Source of the DNA: Squalus acanthias | Lineage: Eukaryota | Assembly: GCA_030390025.1 (NCBI GenBank) | Contig: CM059451.1 | Location: 20,460,001-20,524,000 of the forward strand | Length of the DNA: 64,000 nucleotides | Reading direction: 5' to 3' | Shown here: positions 12,930 through 26,745 of the stretch, one piece after another | Numbering within the stretch: the stretch's first letter is position 1 | Layout: each line of letters begins with the position of its first letter | Notes under the pieces: generated by a model | What the model saw: the letters and a program-made list of their open reading frames with translations, nothing else | Told to the model about the DNA's origin: nothing | The model's database searches: none | Made by a program: the position numbers and the translations under genes

Positions 12930-13670
12930 CCTCCCCCCCCCCGTCCCCCCCCGTTGCAGTGGTGCGGCAAATGGCTGGGGGCGGTGGGGAGAAAGAGAAC
13001 AGGTTACTTAAGTGACCTCGGAAAACCTCAAGAAACCCAAATCCCTTTTTCCCAGGCCAGGGCCACGTCTTCTCTGCCCCCCCTTCTACTGCGACCTTAC
13101 TCTTCCTGCCCAGTGAGCCCATACCTTCTGCCATTCCTCCTGCCACTCCTCACTGCTCCCACTCCCATGTCAAGGATGCATACCCCCACCCCCACCATTG
13201 CTGACCTAAAAAAACTCCCATTACTGCACTTTGGTCACTAGCACCCCACCGATGCTCTCCCACACCCTGCCACTGCCGTCCCAGTGCTCCCACACCCCAA
13301 GCCCCCGCTCCTTCCCCCTCCCAGGAGAGACCTACATCCCAGAGCCCTTTTCTCCCACACACCAGGACTCCACCCAGTGCTGCCATATCACAACACAGCT
13401 CTCCCACAACCTGGTATCCCTTTCCTAGTGCCCCTAAACCCCATGACTGCCCTTCCCTGCGCTCCCACATCCTGCAAACCCTTTGCCAGTTTACCGAGAC
13501 CCTTGTCAATGCTCCCACATCCCATCACCCACACTCCAAAACCCCAGGATCACCCTTCCAAGGCTACCAACCAACACAGCCAACCCCACGTCTGCCACAG
13601 GCAATTCCGACAACCGACCTCCAGTGACCAGCAACATCCTTCCTGCCATTTTTCTCAGCATCCTGGCCTT
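12930..13670. repeat. C-rich low-complexity segment, probably a decayed transposon interior
   Basis: Repeated CTCCCAC/CCCCAC motifs; overlapping Pro-rich ORFs in several frames with no splice support. Confidence 0.4.
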
Positions 13671-14039
13671 TTCTTTTTTTTTTAAAAAAAAAGGAAATAA
13701 AATTAACATTGCTAAATGAACTTTTAATAGTCATCAAGGTAACTGATTTAGTTTCCACAGAAATAAGCACAATCATGTAATTGGAGCCAAACCGCGCCCC
13801 CCCCCCCCCCCCAATAAAAACACAACTTAATTTCTTGTCATGTTAGTTTACATAAAACAATGTATTCTGACACAGTGAGCAATGCCACAGGAAAGCCACC
13901 AGTAGATGAATAAACTACTTTGAAGGTGATTGACCACGCACACGCGCACACACGGCCAGGTCCTAGAGGTTGTCTCCTTGACATGGTTTTCAAAACTGGG
14001 ATGTCTACCAGTAGCTTGAGTTCAGGTGCTCTCAAACCC

Positions 14040-14325
14040 GCGACCTCTACCACCTAGAAGGACAAGGGCAGCAGGCGCATGGGAACACCACCACCTCCAA
14101 GTCATATACCATTCTGACTTGGAAATATATCGGCCGTTCCTTCATTGTCGCTGGGTCAAAATCCTGGCACTCCCTCCCTAACAGCACTGTGGGAGTACCT
14201 TCACCACACAGACTGCAGCGCTTCAAGAAGGCGACTCACCACCACCTTCTCAAGGGCAACTAGGGATGGGAAATAAATGCCGGCCTTACCAGCGACGCCC
14301 ACATCCCATAAACGAATTTTTAAAA
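14040..14325 (+). mobile_element. LINE 3' end (CR1-group; same family as 58025-58940)
   Basis: Ends CTCAAGGGCAACTAGGGATGGGAAATAAATGCCGGCCTTACCAGCGACGCCCACATCCC; upstream region encodes a decayed WxSLP...FKK ORF2 C-terminus. Confidence 0.75.
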
Positions 14326-16349
14326 AAAATTACTCTGTATAGTTTAGAATCCTGCCTGGTGTGGGTATAGAAATGCTACACAATGATGGAAAACACTTGG
14401 AAGAGCTGCTTAAACGAACTCTAGGTTTTCTATCCTGCACAGAATGTCTGGAATTTAGATGAAACTGGATATTTTCTTTTAATGCTTTGTTCACAAAGAC
14501 CTTGTAGAGATGAGTGAGGAGCTAAAAGGCTGTATAATGTCAAAAGAGATTAGCATTTGTTTTGAATAAGTGATACATATGAAATATAGAAGCCTTTAGG
14601 TTACCAGCAAAGCTGGAAGCCATTCTGCTTGAGAAATGAGAGGAAAGGTATTCCCCTCATTGCAAAGAACTACAGGAATTCAAGGCGACATTAGAAGTTA
14701 AAAGGTTGTATTTAACTAAAGCTAAGGGGGGCAGGGGGGGGGGGGGGAGAAGAAAAAAAAAAGATTAAGGGGGGAAAAACTCCAAAGATGCCAGTATCCT
14801 TGGATAATGCTCCTGGCTATTCAAATATTGAACTGAAACACAATCCTGGAAATCAGACATCATGGCTTCAAATACTGGAGGCGGGAGTGATCGGGTCTTT
14901 TGTAGCACAGAACAGCCAGCGATACCGTGTGTTTTTGTCGAGATTGACAAAGCTCAAAATATCTCCGAGCTGGTGAATAAAATGGAAAGTCTAAGATACC
15001 CGAATAGAAGACGGCATACACATGAAATAAGGCGACTAACAATCACAAAGAGTTCTTTGTATGTTGTAGATTCAAAGCTGAAAGCAGCAAACATTCAGAA
15101 TCTGAAACAAATGTGAATGAAAAGGAGCCATTTGAAGCACTCAATAGATGGCTTTGGCTATCATTTTTACATGACTGGTGACTGCAGAGAGCGAAATAAA
15201 AAGTCTACCTCTAAAAATTGTTGATAAAGAGCTCTCTTTAAAAAAAGATACATTTTCGGAATGCCTACTGGTTTTCAGAGATTCTGAGCATGTTAAAGCA
15301 CATTTTTACTGTGGAAAATGTACACTATGCAAGCAATGCAATTTTGCTCCTGCGAAATTATTTGCAATCCTATTTAACATTGGCACATGAATTCTAATAT
15401 AACCAACATCTTGCTCCCAAAGAACTGTTTTTTTTAAAATAAACATCCCCGTTTAAAGTGGTGCGATAGCTTGAGCATCGATGAACCACACCATGGAGTA
15501 GCTGGGCAAAGGTTCTTATTGTCATCCCCTACAGAGTGAGCCCCAAACTATGGAGGGATGCTCAGTGTAGGCCAGGCACTTCCCCACAGGATGCACACAA
15601 TTTCACCACCTCTTTAAAGGGGAGGCACAACTAAAACCACGTCTCATTGTGCAATCGGGACACAGCAGGTTTTAAACGCTTCAAAACAAAATGGTAATTT
15701 GTGTGAAGGGGTGAAGCACAGTAGCTGCATTTGCCATAATATCCAACTAATGATCTGATGCATACTGTCAAACCACTCTCTTACTAACCATCCCCACCCT
15801 GGACTGTTGATCAGTCTTTGTTATCAATAGGTTTCCTTTTTAAGGTTACAGCACTTCTGAACACAACCACCAAATTATGGCAGAAGAATATTTTGCCCAT
15901 TCTGTAGTTTAACCCCTTCAGCAGCACACAGTTTATTTACACTGAAGTACTTATTAAAGAGACACATATGGTACAAGTGTATCCTTAAAGGCTTTAACTG
16001 AAAGAAATTCTAAAAGACTTGACCAGCAGCAGTTTAAAAAGAAAAACTTAAAATATATGACGGCAGTAACGCAACAAATGTAGATCGCGATAGCACGGTT
16101 GCTTCATAGAATGCTCCAGCACCGAAACAGGCCGTTGGGTCCATCAAGTCTGTGCCAGTGATTCTAGCAATTTACATAAATTATAAACTGGTTTGCTGTG
16201 TGAATGCTACAATTCTATAAAGTTTAATGTTGTTTGAAGAAGCTCCAATCTCCTCTCTGCCAAATTCCTAGGAGATTTGGTCTCGCTGGAGTTTGTTAAA
16301 AATTTGTTATTGTGGCAGTGGGAGCACAATTGGCCTCTGTCTCCAGTGA

Positions 16350-16600
16350 AAGGAAGAAGGAAAATAACAGCCACGGCCTCGATCACTGATTACTATCCAG
16401 TAAGCCCCACTGAAAACGTGCATGTTGACATCTGCGAAGGGCAGGATCAGGCTCAGCTGTGATGCCACTCTGCTAAAACTCACTGTCCAATCTCACGTGA
16501 AGAATAGTCACTTGGGCAAGATACCAGAGGGGTGCCAGCCAGCTCTCAAGGATGTAAACCAGCATGTATCACCAGCTTCAGGAAAGTAAGGGGAAAGAAC
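16350..16600 (+). mobile_element. Old SINE-like family C, fragment
   Basis: CAGGATCAGGCTCAGCTGTGATGCC...GAAGAATAGTCACTTGGGCAAGATACCAGAGGG shared with other copies. Confidence 0.55.
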
Positions 16601-18879
16601 TGGGAAGGAAAGGTGGAAGAAAGTAAAGAACCTTGAAATAAACAGTTTAAAAGTAATTTAACAATTTCAAATTTATAATCTTAAACCAGGAGTTCCCAAA
16701 AGCCACAAATGACCAAACTAAGGGGGTGAGCGAGAGATGCTGACAAAACATCTTCAATTAGTAGATACAACAGGTCTAGTTACCAGTGAATGAGTACAAG
16801 GAATCCTAATACTGATCAGAACATAACTTACAATCTTGTAGTCACAGTCAAAGAGCATTCCTCCAAGATGAATAGATTACAGAGTCTTTCTGAATTTTCA
16901 GCACCTTCTGACACTGTGATCTTTGGAGCATCTACTGCGTGCTGTGAAACTGGTATTACAGTCAGGCAATGGTTTACAGACAGTCGGGCAGACACGTAGC
17001 ACAGCACACAAAAGGCAGAAAGTAGGATGTAGTAAAAAAAAAAAGAAAAAAAAATTTACCAGTTAAGGTTTCATGATCATAAACTCGCTTCAGCAACATC
17101 TGCAGGACACGTTAGTCTTGTTTAGTTTTCCTCTCGATTGCTAACCTTTCTTTACTAGTATTGCTTTCCCCATCGGTAAGCCAGCTTTATACCACAAGTT
17201 AGCCATGGAAAAAAATATGCTTACCTCACATGTAGAAAAAAACCAAATCCACTGTCTCCATTTGCATATTGTGTTGCGACTGGAAACAGTGACATCACCC
17301 ATTCCACCTGTCTGCCATATTGGTTCTAAACAGTTTAAACATGAAAACGCATGCTTGTGGTGCGAATGGCACACTGAATAGGGTCCGATATGGGTTTAGG
17401 TGATAACAGTTGTGGAGAAAGCGGATATAATTAATTCATAAGTTAGGTCTATCTGGTCTTGCTCAGTCATCTGCCGATTTAAAACTATAACCTATTTTAA
17501 TGTATCTCACTTTGAAAAATAATCATTCCGTATATTTAAGCAAGTTTGCAACTGATCTCTCTCTATTAGCAGCCCACTCCTTACGTTTTCCCCAATACCA
17601 GTAGGTCTTCATACATATTTGAACAATGGACACTAGTGAGTGATTTTAAATTACAGCCTTCTAATCAAGTTCATATATTGTAAGGTACAAGAGAGAAGCT
17701 AAAAGTAATTTGCACCAGTCACTAAAGAGTGCAGCCTTGACATTACTTACAAGATATCAGTGCCAATAGTTTCCTTTGTGCTTTAATTTTAATGAATTTG
17801 TAGACATATCTACAAACACTGCACTTATGGATTTGTTAAGAGTAATGCAGAGTGGAAAATACCTTGATTGACCTTTTTATGCTTCGGCCATGGTCTATAT
17901 AGAAGCCATGTGCAATGACAAATTGGGGACATTTCAGACTTGGAACTTTTAAGTGCATTGTTACAGTTTATGTTTAATGGCAATATATAATACAAGAGGG
18001 TGGACTGAAGCTGGATTTTTTTTTTTAAATAGTAGTACATTGTTTAGTCTCAATGGCTTCTGCAGTCAACTGACAGCTGAAAGTAGCGCAGAAGGATATT
18101 TGCAGGAGGGAATAAAAGGCATTTGTGGCATTACTGCAGGTTTAGAGAGAAATAATTTTGAATGCAAGAGAATCATAGATGGAACAAATTCTTTTTGTAA
18201 CCTTTGCTTCAGTGCAGGAAAATAGCTAAGCGGCTGTTACAGTTTTAGGCTTCTCTCATACTCGTGAGCAAAGGCCTCCATCTCTACAAACTCAATGACT
18301 TTATATACCCAATACCTGATAATGTAACATGACCCAGAGGTCAAACAGAAACGCTTGTTGCTGTAATTAGGTCACTGGATTGTTACAGACCCTCTTGTGT
18401 TCTCTTAGCCTTCGGATAGTGAAAGAACAAACACTCGATCAAGACTGTGGGACTTAATCTATAAAGTACAAGAGAGATTTATTCGAAGTACAAAGTAGCA
18501 GAAAGCCAAAACAGAAGATTACACTTGATTACAGAACTTTTAACCTCTACCTCCTTGGGCACAGAAATAATGAGATGTGACCCTTCACTTCACTTTCTTA
18601 CTGCAACTACACCTGGACCAACACCTGTGACAATTTATACTTGAGGTTTTGTCTTAAGCACCGAGTATTTAGGTATTTGTCCTTCTCTCCCTACGAATGC
18701 AGAACTAAAAAACTGGCAGCATGCTGCTCGAGATATACCTCTTGTTCCCTCTGTTGTTTAAAATTAGTATACAGGAATTCAAATGGTATTCTCCAGAGCG
18801 AAATAAAGTTAATCAAATTAAATTGGTTTCCTGAACTTCAACCAGCCTCTATATTCAGGCTCATTACCTTCAACTGATT

Positions 18880-19257
18880 ACACAGAATATACAGCACAGA
18901 AACAGACCAGTCGGCCCAACTAGTCTATGCTGGTGTTTATACGCCACACGAGTCTCCTCCCATTCCATCTCAGCCTTTCAGCATATCTTTCTATTCCCTT
19001 TTCTCTCATGTACTCGTCTAGTTTCCTTCTGAAAGCATCCAAGCTATTTGCCTCAACCACGTCCTGTAGTAGCGAGTTCCACATTCTAACCACTCTGATA
19101 AAGCAATTTCTCTTCATTTCCCTATTGGATTTATTAGTAACTATTGTGTATTTATGGCCCCTAGTTTTGGATTCTCCCACAAATGGAAACATTCTCTCCA
19201 TCCCATTCATAATTTTAAAGACCTGTGTCAGGTCACCTTCAAGTCTTCTCTTTTCTA
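18880..19257 (-). mobile_element. CR1 LINE 3' fragment
   Basis: ORF 18920-19210: FPFVGESKTRGHKY...RVVRMWNSL...FRRKLD, the typical CR1 ORF2 C-terminus. Confidence 0.85.
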
Positions 19258-21739
19258 TCTTTCAGTCTTTACCGATAGCTGTAATTGCTTGCTTGGTGCT
19301 GAAAACATTCTTTGTTAACTGGTTTCCACTTGCTTTGCAATCAAAACATATTGCCATCGGAATATTACTTTTGAAGTGACATTTTGCATTCCAGACAGTG
19401 ATGTGTATCCTCTCCAATATGTGGAAACAAGATAGTAGAGAGACACACACAAGCAAATGCGAGATTATCTCCCAGTAAGAGTAACCAAATTTAAAGCAAT
19501 AAGCCATAACTCAAACAGCAATCAAAAATATATAAACTTTATGATTTGAATTGTGATAGAACTCCTATCGCTATTAAAAAATTGTTTTACAAGCAAAAGG
19601 AAAAATTTAATTCAAACAATTGACCAAACACCACAATGGTCTAATATTATCTTGTGATCAAACTTACACAGTTCAAGAGTTAAATATAATGCACAAATCA
19701 AATCTCCAGAGATAGAATAGTGAACACTGTGTAAAATGTTACCATCTGGATAGAGGAATTTACAGCTGAAGTGTTACAGAACCGAATCACCTTTAGACAG
19801 CTACTGAGACTTTTTCAGTTTCTATTCAATTACAATAGTCGTACACAAAATAAAGCCTATTTTCTGAAATTGCCATTTATATTCAGAAGCATCAGCGCAA
19901 TACTGGTCTCCACAAAACAATTACATAACCCAGGCTACAAGAAACCTTAACTGATTATTTTTACATCAGTACTACTAAAATTATTCATTAAAATGAATGG
20001 CACTCATCTTGCTCGCAACAGTGCAAAGTGACGTTAGCCTTATCACAATGGTACTTGAATAGGACAGGCACAGGACTTGCATGTACACTTGCGCTCTCAT
20101 TATTTTCAATGGGGGAAGACAGACCCAGTACAAGCCAACAGCTCAAACTAATCTCCTCAATAAGCCTCCTTCCCCCAATAAATTCAAAATATTCACAAAG
20201 CATTTCCCTCACTAGTCATTCATCACGATGAGTTACACAACTGTGAATGGAATTATAATATTTTAGGATCTCAGGTGGATTGCAGGAAGACTCCGCTACG
20301 TGGAGTAATTGTATCCCAAAATTACTTTTCTGGTCAAGAAATAATTTAATAAAGCGAAGCACATAATAAAGTAACATTGAAAACAACCCCTTGCAAGATT
20401 CTCTGATCATTTGCACAAGCATTGTACATTCAACCCCATTGGCTGTGAAGCGCTGTATGACGTCCTGAGGCAGTGAAAGGCGCTATATAATTAACATAAG
20501 TTCTCTCTTAATATAAAGGAAGGGACTTTCCAGTCCCCGAGGTGGAAGAAGTTATGCACTGCTCAATTCAAAGAAGTTTTGTTTTAACCAAAATAAAAGA
20601 TGGGTTTTCCATCATTCTGCGCATCTACTATTTATTATTAACTCCCTTCCCACATTAAATATTCAATATTCAGGATCATGGTAGCCCTTAGGCTCGAGGC
20701 TGAAATGCACTTTTACTTAATTAAAAAAAAAATAAAGCATGTATTTGCTACCCAATTGATTTTATCTTGTGAATTGCTAGCCAGCATGGCTGTGTTAGGT
20801 AAAGTCAGACTTTTTTTTTTTTTAAAATAGGGGATTTTTTTTCCCCTCTCTCTCGGCATCTGTTTTAACAGAAAATGCAGCACCTGCTCGATTGGCAAGA
20901 ATGAAAATACCACAGTGATCTCTATTTGAGAACTGCAAAACACAACCAACTAGCACAAATGATTTCAGTTAGCGCCCGAGGGCATGTTTACGTCACGGAA
21001 CCTTGTAAAAAGATTCCAACTGGAAAATGTTCTTTAGGTAGTTTTCGCGCTTTAAAAAACAGTTACATACTATAACTAAACTGTGTGTCTGCACTTAGAG
21101 CAAAATATTTGGAAAAAAAGCCACTTAGCCATCAAGCTGTTCTTTCAACAGATCACATATTAACTTGTATTCTTATAGATTCTACTTCATTTCGGTAATC
21201 CCTGGGGAAATGGGAAACCACAGATAAGAGTTTCCAAGATAAAACACATTTCTCCCGGATTGTCAATGGTAATCTTGCAAAACTCCAGGATATCAAACCA
21301 ACATTACAACCCGCACCACTCAATTCTAGCGAGTTGCATTTCACGAGGATATTTCCATGGTGCTAGCAGTTCAAGAACCATTATATTCCGTCCAGTAATT
21401 ATCCAGCTTGTTTTGGTCATATCCTTATAACCCTTCAGTCTGGTTCTTAACTAGATATTTAACCAAGCTCTTTTACAATGAATACATACTATTAACTGCC
21501 TTTGCCAAGTCTACTCCACTTATCTACGACTCTACATGGGGGAAAAACCTTCTCATCTATAGCTTTGCTTGAGACTCAGTTTTATGTTCAAAACCTTGAG
21601 TTTTGCATTTACAGGTTTTCAAGACCCAAGCTTGGGGGGTCAGCTAACCACTTCATAGCAATCTACCTCGCCTTCTCTCCTGTAAGCATCGGTGATTATT
21701 GAGTCAGGTCCCCTGCAAAATGAGATGACCACCGATTTC

Positions 21740-22110
21740 CCCCACCCCACAACCAAATATGCGCTGAAGGCAACAACTCTTGCTGGGGTATAGTTACAGA
21801 AATGTTGGCATGTGTGAGCTACAATGCTGAACATCAGCAGGCGACTTGACCATGGACAGTGTTGCAGCCAAGCCGGATTCTGTCCTCACTTGGCATGCAT
21901 ACATATGCAATTTCCAGTAAGGGGAGGGTCACTGGATAACGATAGGAGCAGGAACTCTGAGCAATTTGCCCCTCCCTATCCCAAGGAAGCAGAGGTCAAT
22001 TGGAGACACGCTGACAGAGATCAGCTATAACACCGCCACCCAGGAATCAAAACTGGCATCTTCCTGATCTGTATGGATCAGCAGCAAACAAGTCAGTGCA
22101 TATACCCACA
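21740..22110 (-). mobile_element. Old SINE-like family C, near full-length copy
   Basis: Reverse complement of the 34025-34400 copy (AGGAGCAGGAAC, CTGTCCTCAC, GATCAGCTA). Confidence 0.6.
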
Positions 22111-22482
22111 GAACTATTAGAGAGCCTCAAACAGATGACCTTTAAGAGAACACTACTAAAGAAGGATACTGCAATTAACGGCATGTCATACATTTTCTTC
22201 AAATTTTTTTAAAATCTCAAATACGCCCTGGTTACATTGATTTTTTTTAAATAACCTTTGCAGCAAGCTATGGTCACAGAACAGAAATTGAGACCTAGAG
22301 TAAGCTGATTTCCTGCACCTTATCCCTCCCCTAAACATAATTCCATTATCCTCAAAGTCTATTTACTCAATTTCTTCTTTAATCTTTGAAACAGCTGTTG
22401 TGCAAGAGACGGTTAAGATATTTAAAAAAAAATAAAAGTTCACTTTTCTCTCCATGCTCCTTGCAAGATTCCACCCACCAAC

Positions 22483-22650
22483 CTGCATGTGTTCGGAGGT
22501 GTCCGCTGAGTGCATCCCTTCTCCGACAGGCATAATTACAGAATGGACATTTAAACGGCTTCTCCCCAGAGTGTAATTTGATGTGCCGCAGGAGGTTTCC
22601 TTTCTGTGTGAACGAGGCTCCACACTGGTTACAATGGAAGGGGCGTTCAC
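22483..22650 (-). CDS. IKZF4: IKZF4 coding exon 4, zinc fingers 2-3 (168 nt)
   Basis: ttcttcctcag|GT...GCA G|gttggt; encodes [56 protein letters not shown]. Confidence 0.97.
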
Positions 22651-22899
22651 CTGAGGAAGAAAGATAGGCAGAAAGGTCAAAGAGCGAGGAAGAGAAAAAA
22701 AAGACTTAAAAATAAAAAAAAATCAGCTTTTCGACATAACATCTTTGTGTTCATTAAGGTGAAGGATGACCATGCTGGAAAACAAAGGATTTTCCAATTT
22801 CTGGAATTCAAAGTGATGTACAGGTCATACTTCATTTGGAACGCAACTGACTTTTTGGAAACTTGTTCATTTGAACAAGTAACGATAGTAAACAAAAGA

Positions 22900-23340
22900 A
22901 ATCATTTGCATTCATATAATTCTTTATGATGTCTCTCAGGACATTCCAAAGCGCTTCACATACAATGAATTGCTTTGAAGGACAGACACGTGTAGGCGAA
23001 CGCAGCCATTTTACGCACAGCAAGGACCCCCAAACAGTAAATGAGATGAATGACCAGTTAATATTTTTGGTGGTGTCGAGGAACAGAAGTTAGCCAGGAC
23101 GCTTGGTAAACTCCCTGCTCTTCTTTAAATAGTGCCACTGGATTCAACATCCACCTGTATCACTGGAATAGGCAGATGGAGCCTTGGTTTAATGTCTCAT
23201 CCAATAAACCGCACCTCTGACCATGCAGCACCCGCTTTGTGCTGCAGCCTAGATTTTGTGCTCAAGTCCTGGAATGGGTTCAAATCCAGAACCTGCTGAG
23301 GCACGAATTCTGCCAACTGAGCCAGGCTGACACTGGATCA
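22900..23340 (-). mobile_element. Deu-domain SINE (SacSINE1/AmnSINE1-like), family A
   Basis: Reverse-complement similarity to 53752-54217, including CCAAAGCGCTTCACA, CTCCCTGCTCTTC and AGCCTAGATTTTGTGCTCAAGTC. Confidence 0.75.
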
Positions 23341-24657
23341 AAAAAAAAGTGAAGGTGTTTGAATCTGACACACTACCAACCCCAACCTTCAGACCGCCCA
23401 TTGGTCAAAATTGGTTATCATATAGATCACCAAATTTAAAATTGCTTTGGAAGGATCCAATAAGTCTATTACCAATATAATTAGCTGCGTACTCAGTTTA
23501 GTGTCATGCTGAATAGTTGATCAGGTTGTCAAACTTAACCTGGAAGAAGCTACCAGGATGACCCATCTCAGATACAGTATGGTCCTAGCAGCATTTACTA
23601 AATGTACTAAATACAACAGAAAAAACAGACAAAAGGTATCATAATTACTATTTGAGCATTCAAGATCTTAAGGGTTTGAGCACCAGCATCAGGTATCCTG
23701 ACCTGCAAAGATATGATTACGAATCCACGAGCTGCTCAATTCTAGCCAGTTCAAGTTGCAGTTAGATGTGCCCAGAAAAAAGAACCAGAGGAAAAATTAG
23801 CAAGTAAGAAAACAAAAAGGAGAGAGAAAAAAAATCTAACCCTCTTGAGCACTGAAAGGCCCTCTCCGCTTTCTTGCCACACATCGGTCAAAAATTAATA
23901 GAAATCAAATTTCATTAAACATACATTCTGTAAACACAGCATTCTGGTAATAAGCAAACAAACCATTGTAATTGTTTCTAATAAATTTTGTGCTCTTGCT
24001 GAGGGACATCAATACTGGGAAAAGGATTTTTTTCTTTTATTAAAGACTTGTATCTGCCACCCCCAGGTCTGATATAGCGCAGGTCTGCTGCAGGATAAAG
24101 CTCGCTCTGCCTCAATGCACTTTAACTCCAACCGTAGGAGAACCACCCCAGCTGCATCAGTGCAATATTTCCATTTCCCACGCGAGCTATCCATGGGGCT
24201 TAACTGAATTTAGTGGTAACTTATTGTAGCTTTGCGCTGTGGGACTCACTTGAAGCTAAATTGTGCCCAAGCTGGTTACATTTTTGATTTTGCACAGATA
24301 TGTTGCTGTAGTCCTCAAATGGGTTGAGAGAGGAAAAAAAAGTGCAAATGGCAAATGCAAAAGCAGAACCAAAAAAAAAGATGCTCCAAGAATATTTGCT
24401 GAATGTTTTTGAAGGACTCCTAAAATATATGCAAGCTGAACTCTATAGTCCTCAAAATGTTCAGCTGCCAGAGTGGTGTGGACACTACAGTTCCATTTGT
24501 CTGCTCCTTTAACCGGAGGCTCCCAGGGACAGAAATAACTGGCCAAACTTCACGGGCAAATAAATCACAAGTGAGTTCAAACAACTGCCACCACAGATAG
24601 AGACTTTAAGCCCCACTACATGCCACTCCATTTCCTTACTTGTGTAAACATACTTAC

Positions 24658-24918
24658 CAGTGTGGCTCCTCTTATGTACCATAAGAACATTCGGTCCGAT
24701 GCAGACCATTCCGCATAGATCACACTTCAGTTTTCCATTAGGAAGGCGAATCCCTCCAGGAGAATGAGGTCCCTGCCCCGTGCCCTCACAGAATCCTAGC
24801 GGGTCCGACAAAGACTCATCCGCAATGACTGCTTCATCTTTATCACTAGCGCCATCCTCCTGTGCCAGAAGCCTCCCTGCCTCTTCATCGCTGTACATCT
24901 CAACCTTGATGGAGTTGG
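24658..24918 (-). CDS. IKZF4: IKZF4 coding exon 3, zinc finger 1 (261 nt)
   Basis: catttgcag|CC...ACT G|gtaagt; encodes [18 protein letters not shown]...[37 protein letters not shown]. Confidence 0.97.
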
Positions 24919-26374
24919 CTGCAAATGAACATCAGAAATGTCAGATGGAGCCATAAGACGACAGGGCTAGACACCAGGTACGGGCGCTGTTCAAGACGGG
25001 CCAGCTAGCAACTAGTGTGCAGCAACCAAATTTTGTGAATCCTCATGGAGCATCCTTAGCCAAACATTTGTAAGTTTGAAGCAAGAGAGGACCCAGCATT
25101 ACAGATGACCTGTGCCAAACCTCAACTGGGAGATTATTGCGTACAGAAAAGGTGGTTGGGGGGGGGGGATCCAATTCTACAGCACTGTTGTCCTTCAGCT
25201 TATGAGCACACAATGAACATACATATATAAATAAAAACACAAGCACACAAACACACACACACACAATCCACACAGGCCATTTTATTCATCCATGTAACTG
25301 CAAATAAGTAATTCCTCAGCAACATTTGATGACACGATAGCAGACCTAGAAGACGTCTCCCTGGAATGAAGCAATAATTGGGATAAAAGAGGTGAAAGCT
25401 CCACTCAAAGAATACAGTTTGGAAATAGACAGAATTGGACTTGTAAGTAATGAACATGAACTATCAAGGGTAAATGATAGGATGATAACGACTTGGAGTA
25501 GCAGACAAAAAAAACTGTGGCATGGCTAAAACAGCAGAAGCATTTGGAAAGGAAGAGAGCACTCGCTGAGATGAAGAGAAGACTCGGTATAAGTAACAGG
25601 ACAAAGAAAAATATACACTACAGTTAAAATGGAGCCTCCTGTAACCACTTTGAAACAACCCACCCTTAAACACTAGTGTGTTATTCTTCCCATTTCCTCC
25701 TCTTCCCAACAGCTTACCAGTGAACGCTCTCCTCCAGCACAGAGAGTAGGCACGGAGCATGAAATTTTCCACAACCACAATCGATAATGAGTGAATGTAA
25801 CAGGTAATGTAATTTAAAGGGAGAGGAGAGTCACACAAGGTTTGCTACCTTCCAGCTTTCAAAGTATTTTGTCTAATTTCTACATTTTCAGTACAGTACT
25901 ATTTATATTTTTGTTCTGGCCAAAGTAATACACATCAGTGCTGGAAAATGAAACACTTTTCTACTTTTGTTACCCGTGTCAGCATCCAGCACTCATGTCA
26001 TATACAGTATAGACAAATGCAACTTTACGGTCCCTGTATGCTGCTCCAAATAAGCACCAAGGTGAATTGTCCATACAGCCAAATCTGTTCGCAGAGTTTG
26101 GAGTACTTTTGTGCTACGGACCTATCCCTTCCAGGAAATGGTCGACACTGTTCAAAACCATTTCATGCAGGAGACGTTCACTCCTGCAGTTTGGACTGTG
26201 TGGAAATCCAGATCCTAGAGGTGACAGTAACAAGCCATCTACAAGTGCTATTCGAGACATAAGCCATTAGAATAATCCAAAAGTCTGGAAGTACATAATT
26301 AAAGATCAAATTGTTCAGGAGAACTAGGCTCCCCCACAGTTGCCACCTATCAATTTTTTCCGTCAATTTTTGTT

Positions 26375-26745
26375 TTCTCTCGTTCACATGGCAGCTGTCT
26401 TTCATTCTGCCAGTGCCATTTACACTTCATCTAGAGCCATCTTTTGTTTCTTAACTTGTCCCATTACCATGCACCATCATCCCTTTTGTCTCTTAATCTC
26501 TCCTGCCTTCCATCCTATCACAGACCTTCCCTTTTGTTCTTTCCTCCCCTCCCCCCTCTCCCTGCCTCTACACTTGCTTAAAAACCTGTTCCATCTCCAG
26601 CTTTTTCCAGTTCTGACGAAGGGTCATCGACCTGAAACGTTAACTCTGTTTCTCTCTCCACAGATGCTGCCTGACCTGCTGAGTATTTCCAGCATTTTCT
26701 GTTTTTATTTCAGATTTCCAGCATCTGCAGTATTTCGCTTTTGCC
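26375..26745 (+). mobile_element. Penelope-like element terminal repeat (pLTR) fragment containing a hammerhead motif
   Basis: Nearly identical to the 55500-55655 tail of the GIY-YIG-coding copy. Confidence 0.8.
26609..26645 (+). ncRNA. Minimal type I hammerhead ribozyme motif (Penelope-associated)
   Basis: AGUU-CUGACGA-A-GGGUC(AUC)GACCU-GAAA-CG-U-U-AACU: intact core, 4-bp helix I, 5-bp helix II, palindromic ACGU helix III. Confidence 0.7.

Noticed and set aside
12808-13719. Cluster of overlapping Pro/Gly-rich ORFs
   Set aside because: These arise from C-rich low complexity with few stop codons; no domain or splice support.
18330-18345. TGACCCagAGGTCA nuclear-receptor-like everted repeat
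   Set aside because: A single short motif is expected by chance in 64 kb; no supporting context without conservation data.
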